A DNA stretch of 31,921 nt, taken from the IMG/VR virus record IMGVR_UViG_3300017779_000074; one strand, 5' to 3'. Of this stretch, positions 28,946 to 31,921 are shown in pieces. How positions within the stretch are numbered: position 1 is the stretch's first letter; the number at the start of each line of letters is the position of its first letter. This stretch comes from a virus. A program made the translations under genes and the position numbers. The notes beneath the pieces were generated by a model. It saw only the letters and a program-made list of their open reading frames with translations. It searched no databases and was not told the DNA's origin.

Positions 28946-30400
28946 CTATATATCACTCTCATCTTCAGATGTCAAAGACTCTTGATCTTCTTCATCTGAT
29001 TCAGGCTCGATTTCAGGTTCTTCTGGAATTTTCGCCATTTCTGCCGCTAGTTCAGCGTCAATATCTTCATTACTGCGACCGTCTTTAACAATGCCTTGCT
29101 GTCGAGCAAGTTCTTGCATATCAGACTTCGCAATAAGGTTGCCTTCGTTCAATTGCATAGCCGCCATAAGCATTTGTGGGTCTGCAACATCATCGAAGAA
29201 CTTAGTATTTAGGATAAAGGTAGATTCTTCACTTGCACCCATAAACATACCGCACCATTCGATGCAGGTCTTGATACCTTCGGACACATTATCCGCAATG
29301 GTTGTTAGGATAGAAGTTTCGCCAGCTTGCTCGATTAAACTTTGGGTTGCTGTCTTAGCTGCGCCGATTTCAATCATTCTCGCGCCAAGTTTTCGCATTT
29401 GTTCTTCTTTGCGAGCCATAAGTTTGTCAGCTAACTGGTTTTCAGAAGCCTGTACAACAGAAAAGCCACCAGAGTCACCTAAGAAGTGACCAGCCATAGA
29501 GCCAACGGTAATTCCGTTAGGGTTAGCCTCTTGGAACTGGCTTAAAGACATAGTTGAAGATACGCCAAGCGTTAATTGACCGTGAACAAAGCAGTTTTCT
29601 TCTAAATCGGCTGAGTTTCGGAAATGTGCAATGTTAATGTAAGCAATATCACCGAGTGGCGGTACGTCAACAGTGGTGTCGTTATTTTCTGAGCCAATAA
29701 TAAATAAAGGGATAAAATCAAACGTAGTTCCATCGGCTTTTGTCGGGGTATACTCTTTAGTTATATTCTCGTCATCTCGATATACCTGTTGGGTATATAC
29801 ACCCTTTCTCAAACGTAGAACTCGGTACTGTTTCTGAGGTTCATAGCCAAACTCATCTTCATCTGCGTCATATTCTTCGCAAAGTACGGCTAGAGTTAGG
29901 ATTTTCTGTCCATTTATGACCTCTACGCGCCAATTAATGAAATTTTCAGCGGTATAGCGGTTGATTGTGGCTTTTGGAGATAATCTATCGAATTCTTCTA
30001 GTGATAAACCCGATTCTACTTCGGGGTAGTCAACTAATAGACAGTGACGACCTTTACCGATGACCTCACCAGCTACATCTTTGGCTAAACTTGTTAAAGA
30101 CTCGCCAGCACCGTCAGAGTTATATTTTAGGTATTCAACTTCAGAAGGGAGTATACATTCAGGCTCATTTCTGAAGATTGCACCTGCTAAACCTTCTTTA
30201 GTTTTACCAGTAAAGTTTACAAAGACGGCTCGCTCTAAATAATTGATGTAGCGAGTGTCAACTTGGCTTACGCCTTCCATCGGTGGTAAGTATTTGGTGT
30301 TAGCTTGTTTTATGGCACGTTGACCTTCACAACAGTCCTCGATCATTTGCCATTCTTTAAGGTAGGTACGATATTCTGGGTTTTGTAGGTCAACACTCAT
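28946..30400 (-). CDS. Portal protein (484 aa)
   Basis: It lies directly downstream of terL. Its size and its very acidic C-terminus (EPEIEPESDEEDQESLTSEDESDI) fit a portal. Confidence 0.8.
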   Translation of the reverse strand: MSVDLQNPEYRTYLKEWQMIEDCCEGQRAIKQANTKYLPPMEGVSQVDTRYINYLERAVFVNFTGKTKEGLAGAIFRNEPECILPSEVEYLKYNSDGAGESLTSLAKDVAGEVIGKGRHCLLVDYPEVESGLSLEEFDRLSPKATINRYTAENFINWRVEVINGQKILTLAVLCEEYDADEDEFGYEPQKQYRVLRLRKGVYTQQVYRDDENITKEYTPTKADGTTFDFIPLFIIGSENNDTTVDVPPLGDIAYINIAHFRNSADLEENCFVHGQLTLGVSSTMSLSQFQEANPNGITVGSMAGHFLGDSGGFSVVQASENQLADKLMARKEEQMRKLGARMIEIGAAKTATQSLIEQAGETSILTTIADNVSEGIKTCIEWCGMFMGASEESTFILNTKFFDDVADPQMLMAAMQLNEGNLIAKSDMQELARQQGIVKDGRSNEDIDAELAAEMAKIPEEPEIEPESDEEDQESLTSEDESDI

Positions 30401-30402
30401 AA

Positions 30403-31641
30403 TTAGATCACAAATCTGAACGGCACAGCCGCTATAGGTTTAATAATAGGTAGTTCGTGGGCAATAGGATAAGTAGCAGCGTCTATTAAGTGATCTAAAC
30501 CACTCGTTTTATCGGGGACACCGTTATTATCATACGTCAACTGCTCTAAACTACTTGACAATTCAGGACATTGCTCCGAATTTACCATAACTTGGAGTGA
30601 ATCAAAAGCCGCGTTTGCAGCCATTACTCGATCTTTGATAAAAGGGTTCTTTTTGGGTGCTCTACACTCAAAACCAGCCGCTTCTAAAAGAGTTATGTCG
30701 GAGATACTTGCGTTCACTGTTTTTCTACTTGCGCCAGAGGCATCTGGGTAGATAGCAATGTTGTGGTCGGGGAATTTAGTTTTCAAAGTGTGAATCATAG
30801 TTGGGGTATCGTAGATTCCCGTTAATTCTTTAACTGCGTGATAAACACCGTCACGATAAACGAATACGACAGCAGACATATTGGTTACGTTGAAATCCAT
30901 TCCGACCATTAGGAAATCAAAGCGCGTAATAACCTCTTGGCTCTCATTTTTATCACGGTTGTAACCGTTATATACCGTTCCTTGGGTTAAGTTGACAAAC
31001 TCACCGTTAAGATAGGCAGATAAGAGGTTACTAGGGTAAATAGCCTTCAAGTTATCCACATAATCGGCAGGAAGGTGAGGATTTGATGTTGTTGGAGCTT
31101 GGATTAGCTCAAAGCCTTCTCTGGGGTCTTTTTTCCAGTATTTATAGACAAACTTGAAGCCTTCAGGGGTAGTAGTCACTCCGATTGTATTGGGTTCGCC
31201 ACTGGGTTTGATCTCACGGTTACGAGCCATTATTGCGCGGAATGCAGCCGCAGCCTCAGATTCTTTGAGGGTGTCTAATTCGTCAATATCGGCATCGGCG
31301 TGAGCGTAACCGATGATTCTGTTGACGTTTTCCATAGATCGGAAGATGATTTTCCCGTAATTACCTAGATCAATGTAGTTGAGGGGTGATTTATGGAGTT
31401 TATAGGGTATTTTCAGTTCGGTGAGGAGTTCCTCGAAGCGAGGCCACGCAATCATACGAATCAAATCGTAGGTCGGCTCGTAGAAACCCCTATTGGTACT
31501 AGGGTTTCGGAGTTTACCGATGATGCAACGCTGCACCGCAGCCTCTGTCTTTCCCGCCCCGAAGCCAGCAACTAACGCTGGGAACTTCGCCTTGGTATTG
31601 ATATAATCGAACTGTGGTTTGGTTGGTACTAACTTAGCCAT
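30403..31641 (-). CDS. terL: Terminase large subunit (412 aa)
   Basis: Walker A-like VAGFGAGKTEA near the N-terminus, an acidic DADIDELD segment, and nuclease-half motifs MVGMDFN and IYPDASG. It follows terS. Confidence 0.9.
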   Translation of the reverse strand: MAKLVPTKPQFDYINTKAKFPALVAGFGAGKTEAAVQRCIIGKLRNPSTNRGFYEPTYDLIRMIAWPRFEELLTELKIPYKLHKSPLNYIDLGNYGKIIFRSMENVNRIIGYAHADADIDELDTLKESEAAAAFRAIMARNREIKPSGEPNTIGVTTTPEGFKFVYKYWKKDPREGFELIQAPTTSNPHLPADYVDNLKAIYPSNLLSAYLNGEFVNLTQGTVYNGYNRDKNESQEVITRFDFLMVGMDFNVTNMSAVVFVYRDGVYHAVKELTGIYDTPTMIHTLKTKFPDHNIAIYPDASGASRKTVNASISDITLLEAAGFECRAPKKNPFIKDRVMAANAAFDSLQVMVNSEQCPELSSSLEQLTYDNNGVPDKTSGLDHLIDAATYPIAHELPIIKPIAAVPFRFVI

Positions 31642-31653
31642 AAAGCTCCCAAA
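31642..31653 (-). promoter_or_regulatory. Fourth exact copy of the 12-mer TTTGGGAGCTTT, abutting the terL ATG
   Basis: Plus strand aaagctcccaaa at 31642..31653. It supplies the terL SD (GGGAG). Confidence 0.6.
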
Positions 31654-31678
31654 TCCCCGCAGGGGAGAAATTTTTTTT
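31654..31678. other. Short GC hairpin flanked by A8/T8 between terS and terL
   Basis: TCCCC-GCA-GGGGA (31654..31666), then GAAA and T8 (31671..31678) on the plus strand. On the late mRNA the hairpin sits directly 5' of the terL SD. Confidence 0.35.
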
Positions 31679-31681
31679 AGG

Positions 31682-31921
31682 TTATTCTGGAGCTACGATT
31701 TCGATATTTATGGGTTCAATACGCGATTGTTGGTCAATATCCATCTTATCGGTCTGACCTAATAGGTTTTTACCTAAGAATATCGCTAATTGAGTGTTAC
31801 CGTCCATAGCCATCTCTAGTTGTTTGCGTCTAAGCCCTTTAATGGCCTCAAAGCGACCTCTATCAATGGCAGCCTTGAAATCGGGGTTATTTCTATACCT
31901 ATCCTCTATAACATCTTCGGA
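31682..31921 (-). CDS. terS: Small terminase subunit, 3' part (continues from 1..234; 31799..31921 duplicates 1..123)
   Basis: The frame is continuous across the 31798/1 junction. Stop TAA at 31682..31684. Confidence 0.75.
   Translation of the reverse strand, partial: SEDVIEDRYRNNPDFKAAIDRGRFEAIKGLRRKQLEMAMDGNTQLAIFLGKNLLGQTDKMDIDQQSRIEPINIEIVAPE
31799..31921. repeat. Window-terminal direct duplication, copy 2
   Basis: Identical to 1..123. Confidence 0.95.

Noticed and set aside
9920-31575. Antisense or embedded ORFs across the late arm (9920..10213, 10188..10379, 10642..10836, 11904..12182, 13001..13255, 13296..13478, 13375..13680, 13990..14229, 17451..17744, 18103..18339, 18378..18614, 18994..19383, 19068..19361, 22561..22797, 23996..24310, 27210..27461, 27640..27849, 28228..28530, 28540..28812, 28589..28843, 29091..29489, 30060..30242, 31393..31575)
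   Set aside because: All lie within or opposite long, well-supported structural genes. They have low-complexity or Ser/Cys/Leu-rich translations typical of non-coding frames, and none has a convincing RBS.
1-31921. An integrated prophage, phage-plasmid or satellite interpretation; also tRNA genes, CRISPR arrays, a DGR or a retron
   Set aside because: The ends close on themselves with no host flanks. No integrase, att-like repeats, par genes or protelomerase were seen. A full virion gene set is present. I saw no reverse transcriptase, no tRNA-like GTTCGA-type arms and no spacer-separated repeats. These are absences judged by eye, not by search.

Overview
The window is one complete tailed-phage genome, either circularly closed or terminally redundant. 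Bases 1..123 are identical to 31799..31921, so the unit length is 31798 bp, and the small-terminase gene is split across the window ends. No host flanks are visible.

Layout:
1. A divergent early control region (1979..2436) holds three abutting LexA/SOS boxes, a 3 x 23-bp direct-repeat array, an operator-like palindrome and sigma70-like promoters.
2. A short leftward early operon runs from 1963 down to 599 and ends at a strong hairpin plus T8 terminator (507..532).
3. A rightward early/middle arm (2437..9292) encodes a lambda-O-like initiator with ori iterons inside its own gene, Erf, NinB/Orf, a NinG-like protein, a PD-(D/E)XK nuclease, a short protein ending in the bacterial SSB tail DFDDDIPF, several HTH proteins and many tiny ORFs. 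Six tiny ORFs genome-wide fall below the 60-aa cutoff of the ORF track.
4. One long minus-strand late arm runs from 234, wraps through 31921 and ends at 9261. In order it carries terS, terL, portal, scaffold, capsid, neck proteins, tail tube, chaperones, tape measure, tail-tip proteins, three tandem paralogous fibre-like genes, a four-gene envelope-targeted cluster with long out-of-frame overlaps, four lysine-rich basic proteins, an HTH-metallophosphoesterase fusion, a holin and a T4-type lysozyme.

I saw no integrase, CI/Cro-type repressor, partition system, DNA polymerase, helicase, tRNA or CRISPR array. The LexA-box type and the SSB tail point to a gammaproteobacterial host; this is an inference.

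The most interesting items:
- SOS-box wiring in a genome with no repressor of its own.
- An exact 12-mer (TTTGGGAGCTTT) that recurs at the control region, at terL and at the endolysin.
- The envelope-targeted overlapping gene cluster.
- The triplicated fibre-like genes.
- The HTH-phosphoesterase fusion together with the lysine-rich protein set.

All functional calls rest on motifs read by eye and on gene order. No database search was run.
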